A stretch of 64,000 nucleotides of DNA, taken from positions 62,001-126,000 of the forward strand of contig JAPEUI010000014.1 in assembly GCA_026025075.1 (NCBI GenBank), read 5' to 3'. This DNA comes from Vezdaea acicularis. Lineage: Eukaryota. A program made the translations under genes and the position numbers. Below the pieces are notes generated by a model, which made no database searches, was not told where the DNA came from, and worked only from the letters and a program-made list of their open reading frames with translations. Positions within the stretch are counted from its first letter, which is position 1, and each line of letters opens with the position of its first letter. Of the stretch, positions 1 to 11,659 are shown in pieces.

Positions 1-998
1 GCTTTGAAATACCCGGGTACGGAGGGTACACAGCCCATTGCCTAGGGAAGGGGAAGGTGGTCAGTTTTGTGGGTTGGAAGACAGGGTAAGGAAAGATGAG
101 GGGTTTGAAGAGGGTTAAAGGTCACAGGAGACTTACAGCGCCAACAACAGGCTCGGCCACAAACGCACACACGTTCTCGGGTCCCAGCCTTTGAAATTCA
201 TCTTCGAGCTCCTGAGCCAGTCTCTCCACATACTGCTCCACGGTCTCACCCTCGTACATGCCGCGGTAAGCGTTGCAGGCTGAGACATGAGAGATGTTAG
301 GGAGGAGCATAGGTTCGAATGATTTGCGGCGAGCAAGATGCCCGCCCATGGAGAGGGAGCCGATGGTCGTCCCATGGTAAGAATTTTGACGCGCAATGAA
401 GCGCATGCGGTTTGGCTGTGGGGGGTGCTGCTCAAGGAAGAATTGGCGTGCAAGCTTCATCGCTGCTTCCATTGCTTCTGATCCTAGGGAGTTGTTAGCG
501 TATTGTTATTGTGTTGCTAGGAGGGTGGAGGAAAGGAGATGACGAAGGCAGAGAGAAAGTAGATAACACAGAGAGCGAGATGCAAATACCTGAGCTGACG
601 ATGAATGCTTTGGCCATTTCACCATTGGTAGAGTCTATAAGGAGCTTTCCCAAGGCCTCTGCGGAGGTGGTACTGAAAAATAGTGAGTGGCAGTAAGAGA
701 CCTCGCTCATCTGGGCAACAACGGCCCTCTTGACACGTTCGTCGCCATGGCCTATTGCAGAAACCGCAGCCCCGCAAGTAGCGTCCAAGATCTTTTGACC
801 ATTTGAGAGCGTCAGGTAGTTTCCGTAAGCTTTGGTCACACCAAGCGGAATAGTAGTGAGGCTTCTATGGAGCACTCCACTCGGAGGTAGCGAAGGACTC
901 GTTGGTAGCGAAGCAGGCAGCAGAAACATGGATGCTTTGGCTGTGGGTTTGACACTGTGTAAGACCACCTCATTTTGACCAAGGCTTATAGGAGCCAT
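1..998 (-). CDS. Class III PLP-dependent aminotransferase; 3' end runs off the window
   Basis: Motifs LDATCGAAVSAIGHG, SSGSEAMEAAMKLARQ, SYHGTT and FVAEPVVGA. Introns 484-589 and 42-136 join exons in frame (..GA|AMGCVPSVPGYFK). Confidence 0.9.
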
Positions 999-2926
999 GG
1001 TTAGTTCAAGTCTGTCAACAGACTCGGATGTGAGTAATCCGGAGATGGCGTGGCAAGATGGATGATCACCTAGGTGCAGTGGTAAAAGGGGTAATTGATG
1101 GTCCTGGTTTTATGTGTAACGAAATCTCCAGGCCAAGCTCATGCTTTATATCGGTTGAGTAAAAGATCAGCTAGTCATCCGGGTGAAGCGTCCGCTCATA
1201 TGCGGTCTCTGCCACCTTAGTCTCCGTGCAAGAAACGCTTTAGCTGGCACCACCCTCCTTGAAGCTTTACCGATTAGAAGGGTTTCCGGCATTAAGGCAA
1301 GAACGGCTAGGAAAGATCTATTAAATCGGGATGCCGACGACATCATCCGCATCCCGGGAACAAGTGTGACTGCATGGAAAGGCAACGTGCTTGTAGACAT
1401 TTGGAAAAAAAGAGGTGTCGAGCCACCGAATCGAAGGCACGGCTTCTGCTTTTTGGCGGCTTCAGATCAACAACGCCGATCGAAGACAACCGGATCGTTG
1501 ATTATGAGCTACAGGGGCATGCTTCCCGTGTTGGTAAAAAGAGGCCAGCTTTGATTACCTCTTCAAGAATGGATATTCTCATTGAGCCCAAGATGGATTG
1601 ATGATCGTGCCGTATATGGGAGGCACAGGCACATGCACAGCCATTCACGGGAATAAAGAAACCGGTGATCTGCAAGATTCACGGGCCGGCTTGAGAGAAT
1701 CTATGATATCTTCAATTGGCGCAACGGGCGGGATGGCCGTTACCTTCCCTGTGTTCGCCCTAATCTAGAGAAGCTGATGATATCCTGACATCCATTCATA
1801 TACGTCATGGAATGAAGACCCCCCGTCGATTCGACTCAGCCGATGTCTTGGGAGACACCACTAAAGGCCGTCTAAGGGCGGCTACCCTGGACATGTTCCG
1901 GTCTACACGGATCGCTCTTATACGCGCGGCGTTTGCGTGATAGCGTCGGCATCGACTCTCTCGACCTTCACCCTCGGACCGAGCGGCAGCCAAGATGCTC
2001 GGGCCGTGAGCATCTCACCCGAATCGTGGGAAGACGCCCGTTGAAGCCGAAGACGTGGTTTGGCCGTCTGGGTTGCAGACATGTGTACGGATGGACCCTG
2101 GGTGGACCCTGACGCCGACGATTGGGTGCCACGGCTTATGCACGTCAAAGGGTTGTTCCCATCTCCATTTCCGTTATAGATCGTCACCGGAGAAAGGGTT
2201 TGCCGTGGTGAGAGTGGTGCAGGGCAGACCGCATCTGAAATTCTGCAAATCGATCGACTCCGGTGCCATTGTGGCGCTGGTTAGGACAAGGACTATATTC
2301 GACCGGGCCGTCGTGGGAGAATGCCAGGAGGTCGCGACCACGTCGTCATGAGGCGCCCAGGATGAGATTAGTACTAGAGGGAAGTCGTTCCCTCCACTAA
2401 TGATGTCGACGGCCCATCAGGAGAAGACGGGGGTCGACGCCACCCCCACCTGCGCCGCGTGGGGTTAGAGTTGTGCTGTGGCCGTCTCGGTGCAACGAGT
2501 GAAGAATCGAAATTCGGGACCGCGTCGAGGGCTTTCAGCCGTATCTTTCGAGCACGAACTCCTAGGGCTCAGGTGTTCGTCGCCCAATTTAGTTGCAGCT
2601 CTGGTGGCGCGAGAAGGCGGCGTGGACGTACAACGCGTCGGTGGGAGCCCTATCAAAATGCAAGGAGCAAGAAAAGCTGGAGGTTCACGAAAGGCCTGGA
2701 AGGGGCGATTTGCCAATCCTCCAGCTCGCGTGGAGAGCGCGTGCTGATTCGCTAGCGGACGGCCGCTTAGTCACGGCCGGAGACCAGGGTCCGGTGCTAA
2801 CGCTAGCTGAACCACCGAAACGAAGCGCTTTCTCTTCAACGCGATGGATATCCTCACAGTTCCACCACCACGACCTCTCCGCACAACCCTTGTCGTCCCG
2901 CCCAGATCTCCGAGGGCCCGCCCAAC

Positions 2927-3755
2927 ATGTCGCAGCATCCGCGCATCGAGGAGGTGTCCGACACGGACTCCGACCCGTCGGACATGGATCCGGCAGAGTT
3001 CGACCCAGCCAACATCATGGAGCGGGTCAATCCCAGCTCGAACAAGAGCCTGATCACCCCGTCAGCCATCCCGGCTTCTTCCGCGGCGGCAAGCCAAGAG
3101 CGCTTCCAGACTACAAGAGACTCTTCGACGTACAAGCACTACCAGTGTCTGTATCCATTGTACTTCGACGCTGGGCGTAGTCGTGCGGAGGGCCGTAGGG
3201 TAGGCAAGGAGCTTGCTATTCCAAATCCCCTGGCCCGTGAGATTGTGGACGCCGTGCAAAATTTGGGTTTGAGCTGTGTGTTTGAGCCTGGGAAGTGCCA
3301 CCCAAAAGATTGGGCAAATCCAGGTCGGATAAAGGTGCTCATCAAGAAAGACGGGAAACCCGTCAATCCGAGAGTCAAGAATAGTCCGTGCTCTTGTCCT
3401 GATATAAATGTACTAAAAAGCTTATTGTACCCCAGAGAAACACCTATATACCCTCATTTCTCCCCATCTCAAGGCCCACCCAACCGTCGAAGCATCTCCT
3501 AACCGTTTACGAGTCCCAGGTCTACCACCTCCCGACCCCGGTAAACCCACCCCGCCTCCAGCCATCCCCCGCGGCTGGAAGATGGGCACGATCCTACCGC
3601 TCCATTCCCCAGCCGTCAGCGGTGGAGGCGTCAGTGAGAACCTCCTGAAAGATATGATGGCGGAGATGGGCCAGGGACAGCTTGGTGCACCGGACGAGCC
3701 CCCTGCTACTAAGAAGAAAGATAAGAAAGATAAGACGAAGAAGGTTAAGGGATGA
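2927..3755 (+). CDS. SEC65: Signal recognition particle 19 kDa subunit (SRP19/Sec65)
   Basis: CLYPLYFDAGRSRAEGRRV and HPKDWANPGRIKV motifs. Intron 3384-3435 restores KNKKHLY. Lys-rich tail, TGA at 3753-3755. Confidence 0.93.
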
Positions 3756-4268
3756 TCTGTTCTTTGGGCCTAACCAGCGCTGGAATAGAAAACCACGACT
3801 TGCATGAATTGCTTTACTCGAAACTTATTGGCTCCTTGTACGGCGTCCTTCCTCTCTAGCATTTGATTTGCATGGCCCTGGGCAGAAGGCGTTTATAAGG
3901 GGTTAAATTTTCTGAACATAGCATTTGCCCCTCAGAAAAAAATCACGTATTACCCTCACCTAAGTGTAGTCAGTTGGGCACGTGAGAATAGACGTCGCAC
4001 GTGGATCGAGTTTAATGTTTTCTGTTTTCAATCCTGCCATTCCGTCTAATTTTTGGTTTTTTTCTCCCACACACCGTCACCAGCCAAGCCATACCTGAGT
4101 GGAACGGCGAATGGAAAGGTGCCGTAGAGTATAGACTCAATGATTTGAATCCGTTCCGAGCGCCGCCAGCCATGCCCATCGCTACCATGCAAACATCATC
4201 AATTTCCCAGCACCAAGTCAGCCCTTTGCAAGGTGACCTTCAACTTTTCCATCCTCGGCCCCTGGCCT

Positions 4269-4988
4269 TTACTTATCCACCACTTCTATTCTCCTCCACA
4301 TCGCCACATGAACAATGCCTTCCTCATCCCACTCACCCAATTCCGAGTCCTTGACGAAGCCCAGCCTCGCCCACACCTTCTCCGCATTCTTCTGGGCATG
4401 CACGAGGACCAGACCTTTCCAGCGCTCCTCCCTCTCCCCCCCGACGGCCTCTTGCTTCGCAGGGTTCCAATGCGGCATCACCTCCGCCGGATGCGTTCTC
4501 GCCCACTCCAACGCTGCGGTGACCAGCAGCTTGCCCAGTCCCAAGCCTCGGTAGGCCTTCACCGTCGCCAGCCGGCCGAGCTTGACATACACTTCCTCGC
4601 CGTCGTACATTTGCGTTTTTGGGAGGACGCCGTGGGTTAGGCCCTGCCCCGGCTCGTCCTTGCCATGTACTTTGTGCGGCGGCGGGACGAGACGGACGGT
4701 GCCTACTGCTTTTCTGTTTCCTTCGGAGCTGCGCCGTCCGTCCGGGGTCGAGGCCGAGGATGAGACGGAGGCGAAGACGATCCAGTGAAAGGAGCGGCGG
4801 TCGTCAATGTCCATTTCGTTGGAGAGGGGCACGGATTGCTCGTTGACGAAGACGGTCTCGCGGACGGTCATGGCGTCGATGAAGTGGGGGGGGATGTTGG
4901 AGGGCTGGTCCGAGGAGGGGGCGAGGCGGTTATAATTGGAGATGGCGTCCCCTGGGGGTGGGAGGAAGGCGAGGAATTCGGTAGACAT
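4269..4988 (-). CDS. GNAT-family N-acetyltransferase (ElaA/YjcF-like)
   Basis: Intronless 239 aa ORF with VRETVFVNEQ, acetyl-CoA motif LGRLAT..YRGLGLG, LVHAQ and EEGIVHVAM. Confidence 0.88.
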   Translation of the reverse strand: MSTEFLAFLPPPGDAISNYNRLAPSSDQPSNIPPHFIDAMTVRETVFVNEQSVPLSNEMDIDDRRSFHWIVFASVSSSASTPDGRRSSEGNRKAVGTVRLVPPPHKVHGKDEPGQGLTHGVLPKTQMYDGEEVYVKLGRLATVKAYRGLGLGKLLVTAALEWARTHPAEVMPHWNPAKQEAVGGEREERWKGLVLVHAQKNAEKVWARLGFVKDSELGEWDEEGIVHVAMWRRIEVVDK

Positions 4989-5849
4989 TGTGGTGGAGTG
5001 ATAATTATCTGTTGGGTTATGGAGTGAGCTGAAGTTTGGAGGTATGATGGTTGCTGGGTGGAAGTGTGAGTGAGGTTATTGGTGAATGACGAGATGGAAA
5101 TGAGATTCTCGGTGAGATGAAAGGTATTGCAGACCTCAGACTAATGTTAGGAAGCTTCTACCGAGGTGTCCAAGTGAATGAAAGGTAATGATCGTGAGTG
5201 AATGAGAAAAATGTGTTTACGGAGGGTGTCGTCCGCCTTTTGAGCTTCAATTTACGAAACGTATGGGATCGGGGTCACAAGGCTCACAGGCTCCAGCGGA
5301 AAATGCGGAAGAAAAGGTGCTGCAAAGTCCACCAATGAGAAATCCTGCCTGGAGCCGTGCAACGCACGCAACGCAAGCTTAAACATTTCAGCGGGGAAAA
5401 TGCGGCCTGTAGGAAGTCGTTTCGAGATTGCATAGCCCTACGGCGTGGTGAAAGGGAATCGGCAATTTGCATCGTCGCTCACGTCATCAGGCATGAGGCG
5501 ACGCCATTACCAATGAGAGGGAAAGGCGCACGATGAGTTATCAGCGATCGGACCCCTTTATTTTCTAGAGATGCAAAATTAGGGACGGAAGGGGCGGGGA
5601 TCTTCACATCGAAGATATCTAATCGAAATGATTTCTTGCTACACGGTTATTGGCTTCCGATCCTGAAATTAGGTTTGAGGCCCGAGCACATGGCCACGCC
5701 TCGTTTGAGATCTGATGATACAAGGTTTGATATGCAAGTGCAAAGTGTCTCCTGAAAATGCAACCCCGCAGAAAACGGCACCAGGTGTGGTTGCACCCCA
5801 CGTTCTCCACCCAAACGCCGTGAAACGCCATCCTTCTATGCACAACCTT

Positions 5850-7533
5850 CTACTGCAAACGGTAGTATGCTCCCAGGAGTACCTTTCTGGCTCTGCCATC
5901 TTCCTCAAGCACGGCGATCAGATCTCTTAGCTGGATGCCGGCTCCTCTCGCGCTGTTCTCTCTAAACTCGCCAGCCCTCTTGCCGATGGGAGGCGTGAGA
6001 CTGTGCGAATCCCCAGGCGTATTTCTGACACTGCCGCCAAGAGACCCACCCACCGGGCTAGGCGTGGCCTGACCAGAAGTCATCCAAGCATACTTCTTCT
6101 TGCCAAATACACCTCCTCCACCTTGCAACATGTGTGACGCGGTCTCGTTGGCGAAGTTCCGCTGAAGGACCTCGCTCTTTCTTGCCTCCTGCGCTTTTGC
6201 CTGCTCTCTCTTGGTGCGCTTCCTGATTTCCGCTTCAGGAGCAACTTCGCCGAATATAACATCTGGAGTATGGGAGATGCCAGCGGCAGCTTCTGCTCGA
6301 CGCCGGCGCTTGAGAAGGCGAGCTTCTTCATACTCTCGGTCTTTCGCTTGTGCCGTACGGAGGGCTTTGACAAGCTCATTTGGAAATTTCATCGATGGCA
6401 CTCCAGTCGGCGGAGTTGGAGACCTAGAATCTCGGGCAGAGCCAGACCCTTTAGTTGAAGTCAGCAGGCTTGGCACAATCAAACATCGGTTGAGGAACGT
6501 TAAAGTACTCACGCTTGCTTTGGTTTGGCTTCGGGCTGAGGGTCTTGTCACGTGTAGTCCTCCCATTTGGACGAGAGGTTTCCAAAGTTGGAAGTGAGCC
6601 TTGAGGTATAGCCAAGTCTTGCCATTCTGAGGGAACGACACCATCTGATCCAACTCTTCTTCCTCTAGCTAATCTGACGGCTTCTTCCAATATCTCGCGA
6701 AGGCGTTCCTGTGTTGCAAGGGAGATGAGCGCAATGACATCTGCCATCGTGGCTTCCGTAGCCACAATTGACGTATATGTAGCTCTTATGGAAGTACCGT
6801 CGGCACCTGTCATAGCTGATGCTCTAACAGCGCCTGGAAGTGGTTCATTTCTGGGGTCAAAGAAGTGTTGACTATCATATGGAGTATGTCGAGACTCGGC
6901 ATTTGCATGCCCCTGCAGCATCCGTCGTATTAGAATAGTATTGGCGAATGGCTCGTTCAGATGCGCTTCTCTCGCAGAGGCAAGCTCTCGAATTCTCGTA
7001 TTCCACTCCCTCTTCAAGGCATCTTCTGCAGACTCATAAGAAAGAGGTGGGCCGCTCAGGTTTCCACCGCCCAGATAGAATGAATTTTGAGGCGGATATG
7101 GTGGGCGTGTGACGGTTTCAAAACTATTGTTCGTAGAAAAATTGCCTGAATATGGGCCGCCAGAGTGATTCGACTGGAATGACGCATTCTCAGATGTGAA
7201 AGAAGAAGTTAAGAAATTCTCTTCGTCCGCAAGGTTGATTCCACTCCCAGATATCGCATCAGTCAGATTCTCGATTCTTTCCTCCGCAGGCTTTGAAGGC
7301 GGGCCCATAGACCCTGAGACTGGTGGTCGCGACATGTTGATAGTCCCGTTGAGTTGTGGCGGCGTGCCTGGTAAGCTCATAGACTGAAAGGCTGGAGAGT
7401 CATGAGGTGAGAAAGAGGTTGGCGATAACCGTTGCCTTTTGTTGGGTGGGAAAGGTGCCGGCGCCGAAAAGCCGGACGGAGACGGCGACGAGGTCTGCTG
7501 TGGAAGATAATGAAGGGGCGGTAGCTGAGCCAT
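5850..7533 (-). CDS. TAF4: TFIID subunit TAF4
   Basis: ATG at 7533 (MAQLPP), SGINLADEE, histone-fold ISLATQERLREILE, ANETA motif, C-terminal IQLRDLIAVLE. Intron 6449-6512. Confidence 0.85.
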
Positions 7534-8177
7534 GTTGAAAGAAACCCGTTGTGCTTGGAAGAAAGAGCTACTCCGTTCAGGCTCCTGCTTGAAAAGGCGC
7601 ACTCCTATTCAACAGATTGGAGGATGTCAACCCCCAAGCCTGGCTTCTTAATTCTACCAACATGCGTGAAATCGCTCATTTTATATCCCGAGAGACATAG
7701 TGAGTTGTTGGCCGATAAATATCCTTCAGATTCGTACGTTGAGCGTCTGTTTAGTGAAGGCTGGTAGCATCATTGCCGGCGCAAAGGCTTCGAAGGTCGC
7801 GTCAGGCTGTTTCAAAGAAGTCACGTGCTTTTCGACTTTTCTTATTGCGCTTTGCCCAGTTGGGGCAAGCTCGCGTGAGTCTATCCACATGCGAACGTTT
7901 CTACTTCGCGTTTCTTTGTATTTTCAGTCTCATGAAAATTGGTATTTCACAGGAATGTTGGCCAGTCGCAATGCGTATTACTTAGCAACGGTCAAGAACA
8001 ATACCGCCATCTTTGCGTGTGAGCGTGTGACAAAAGAAAGACAAACCTTTCGGAGTTGCCCATCTTGGTTGCTCGAATCTCTGCGTGCCTACCTTGAGCG
8101 TCTTTAATTCGAAGGCTTGGGTTCACGTGTGAAATAAGTAATCCGCGAATAAAAGAGGCGTGGATGTTGTGTTTGAT

Positions 8178-11100
8178 ATGGCCGCAAAGCGAAAACTTGC
8201 GGCCATGTCGCCGACTCCTGAGGCGTCAGTAGATCCGGCCGATGAGCTGATGTTCCTTTGCCTTGGGGGTGGGAACGAAGTAGGTCGTTCGTGTCACATA
8301 GTTCAGTATAAGGGCAAGACAATCATGGTAGGTCGTTCCCACCCAGTATCAAACGTAGCATACTTATCAGAACTTTATAGCTCGATGCTGGTATGCACCC
8401 GGCCTACGACGGTCTTGCTGCTCTTCCCTTCTATGATGAATTCGACCTGAGTACAGTCGATGTATTACTTGTTAGCCAGTAAGCGACCCCCTGTTAGCCT
8501 TTCAAGTCCTTCCTAGCGTTTTGTCAGCAATTTGTTGCTTTGAATTGATAGATTGGAGACGGGAACCCGGCGAGGAGGAAAATGTTAATTGCATGTGCCT
8601 CGTTCTCTCATTACGGAGCATCCCCTCCAGCCAAGCTATGGCCGGGAAAGTAGGGTTAAGCTGGCCCTTTTATGCACACTGCTCTTCTTGATTCGAATGA
8701 TTTCATGTATCCAGAAACAATGAAAACCCTTTTGCCAGTCTCCTGCTCCACTCTGCTGTCATTGTGAGCTGCTTCGGAGGGTTCTGCAATCGGCAAGGTT
8801 CTGCCTTGTATACATCTTATTTCCTAAGCCATGGGCACGCTGGGTCTTTATCATATGCTCTTGACTAGTTTAATCCGCAACACGATGGCTGACTCGACGA
8901 ACTCATAGTTTTCATCTTGATCACGCCGCATCACTCCCATACGTCCTGGCGAAGACGAACTTCAGGGGCCGGGTTTTCATGACACATCCGACGAAGGCTA
9001 TCTATAAGTGGCTAATACAAGATAGCGTTCGAGTGAAGTATGCGCTACTTAAATCCTTAAGGTTTACAACTAAACGATTTTGAACAGTAACACATCAGCA
9101 TCAGCATCCTCTCAACCCCTTCTCTATAACGAAGCAGACCACCTCTCCACCTTTTCGCAGATTGAAGCAATCGATTACCACACTACACATACTGTTTCCT
9201 CTATCCGCATAACACCTTACCCAGCAGGTCATGTCCTTGGTGCTGCGATGTTCTTGATTGAAATCGCTGGTTTGAAGATATTCTTTACGGGAGATTATTC
9301 GCGAGAAGACGACCGGCATCTCCTTTCTGCCGAAGTGCCGAAGGGAGTAAAGATCGACGTCCTCATTACAGAGAGCACATATGGGATAGCCAGTCATATA
9401 CCGAGAATAGAGAGAGAGGCAGCCCTAATGAAAAGCATAACCGGGATTTTAAACCGAGGGGGCAGAGTTCTAATGCCTGTCTTCGCCCTAGGTCGAGCCC
9501 AGGAACTCCTTCTCATTTTAGACGAATATTGGGGCCGTCATTCAGAGCTGCAGAAGATTCCCATCTACTATGCTTCGAACCTTGCAAGAAAGTGTATGGT
9601 GGTGTACCAGACCTATGTCGGTGCCATGAACAACAACATAAAGCGGCTCTTCCGTGAGCGAATGGCAGAAGCCGAGTCTGCTGGAGACGTCAGTCGAGGA
9701 GGCCCGTGGGACTTTAAGCACATCCGAAGTTTGAAGAACCTAGACCGCTTTGATGATGTGGGTAGTTGCGTGATGCTGGCATCGCCCGGCATGATGCAAA
9801 GCGGGGTGTCCCGAGAGCTTCTGGAGAGATGGGCGCCAGACCAGAAGAACGGAGTTGTTATCACTGGTTACTCAGTCGACGGCACTATGGCCAAGCAGAT
9901 CATGAATGAGCCGGACACGATACCAGCCATCATGACTCGCGGCGCTGCAGCTCGAGCTCGCGGGCTCGCAGGTGGACGTGGCGAAGCGGAGATTCCTCAG
10001 ATTCCCCTACGGTGTACCGTGCAAGAATTGAGTTTCGCCGCCCACGTCGACGGCGTCGAAAATAGAGAGTTCATTGAAGAAATTGCCGCCCCTGTCGTAG
10101 TATGGCCTTCCTCAACACCCCCCCCCCCCTTTTCCCTCATCATCGTTAACGCAACGCTTCACAGATCCTTGTCCACGGCGAACAGCACAACATGATGCGC
10201 CTCAAGAGCAAGCTCCTATCGCTAAACTCGTCCAAAACCACCCCCACCAAGATCTTCTCCCCCCGCAACGCCGAAGAACTCCGAATCCCCTTCGCGCCCG
10301 ACCGCACTGCCAAGGTCGTCGGCCGTCTCGCGCAGCTGCCCCCCCCAACCACCGAAAGCGAAGCCCAGACCGTCTCCGGAGTCCTGGTGCAGAACGACTT
10401 CAAAATGAGCCTGATGGCGCCCGAAGACCTCAGAGAATACGCAGGCCTCAACACCACCACCATCCTATGCCGCCAGAAAATCACCCTCTCCGCCGCCGGC
10501 ATCGCGCTCGTCCGCTGGGCACTCGAAGGCACCTTTGGCTCCGTCGACGAGCTCCCTCAACCCACCAGTAGCCCGCCCTCCTCAAAGCCCTCCTCCGACT
10601 CCTCAGACGCCATGAACGGCTCCTACGCCAACGGCACCAGCCTCTCCAGCCCCACCTCCTCTTCCTCCTCCTCCCTCCCGCAAAACACCACCTCCCTCCG
10701 CGTCCTCGACGCCGTGACCGTCCACCACCAACCAACTGGCTCCCTGCAGGTCGAATGGGAAGGCAACGCCATGAACGACGCCATCGCCGACGCCGTCATG
10801 GCCGTCCTCTTCAAATGCGAGTCCTCCCCCGCCGCCGTCAAACAGAGCTCCCAACAGTCCTCCCACCACAGCCACAACCACAACCACACCCCACACCCCC
10901 CTAAAGCCCCAAACCCCCACGCAAACCTCACCCCCGAGCTCCGCCTCTCCCGCGTCCTCATGCTGCTCGAAACGCAATTCGGCGCCCCCAACATCTCCAT
11001 CATCGAGATCCCGCCCCTACCACCCTCCACCCCGTCCAATACCCCCGAGGACGAGAAAGACGAGATCAGAGCCGATGAGCTCCGCCGTTTGCACGCCCTG

Positions 11101-11286
11101 GGTATTCCGGTGCCGGGCCTGGAGATCAGGGTCGATAAGCAGGTGGCGCTTGTTTGGTTCGAGACGCTCGAGGTGGTCTCGAAGAGTCGAGTCTTGGCGG
11201 ATAGGGTCAGGGCGGTTATGGAGAGGGTCGCGGAGGTGGTCGCGCCGCTTGCGGTTGGGGGCGGGATTGGCGGGATGGTAGAGTGA
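8178..11286 (+). CDS. YSH1: mRNA 3'-end processing endonuclease CPSF73/Ysh1 (metallo-beta-lactamase/beta-CASP)
   Basis: [19 protein letters not shown] (split by intron 8479-8908), [26 protein letters not shown]. Introns ~8328-8380, 8479-8908, 9038-9087, 10099-10163. Confidence 0.97.
8550..8817 (+). ncRNA. Candidate intronic structured RNA (possible H/ACA snoRNA) in YSH1 intron 2
   Basis: 430-nt intron. Nested complementary segments GGAG/CTCC, GGGA/TCCC, CGAGG/CCTCG and TTGCC/GGCAA. ACA at 8812-8814, about 90 nt before the 3' splice site. Confidence 0.4.
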
Positions 11287-11659
11287 GAACGGGGGTGGGG
11301 GAGGAAGAAAGCGCGCGAGGGGGTGGAGGGCTAGCGGTGTGCTCTTTGTCGGGTTGTGGAGTGTTTCTCGTCCGTCGGAAGGAAGCACGTAGAGGACAGG
11401 CGTCTGCGAGAGAGATCCCTCTCTAATGCTAGGGCGAGTCGTGCTGTCATGTCTATTTGAAAAACACTCCTATTGTGGGATATCCAAATGCAAGAACCAT
11501 TAAACCCGAAACAGAAAAAAATGTCGTCTTAACCCCGCTCTCCAAACCCCCACGCTAAAGATCTAGACAGCGCAAAATAGCAAAACCCCTTCCACACCAA
11601 CAAACAAACACAAGAGGTCCCTCCCTTTTTCCCCCTTTCTCTCCTCAGACAGATCCAGC

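Noticed and set aside
1000..2926. Several 60-195 aa ORFs between the aminotransferase and SEC65
   Set aside because: No recognisable motifs, no consistent exon chain or codon bias; treated as divergent intergenic DNA.
4097..4157. Small hairpin (TGAGT/ACTCA, CGGC/GCCG; GGAACGG/CCGTTCC) between convergent SEC65 and GNAT
   Set aside because: Short stems and no H/ACA or C/D boxes in the right places; could be chance.
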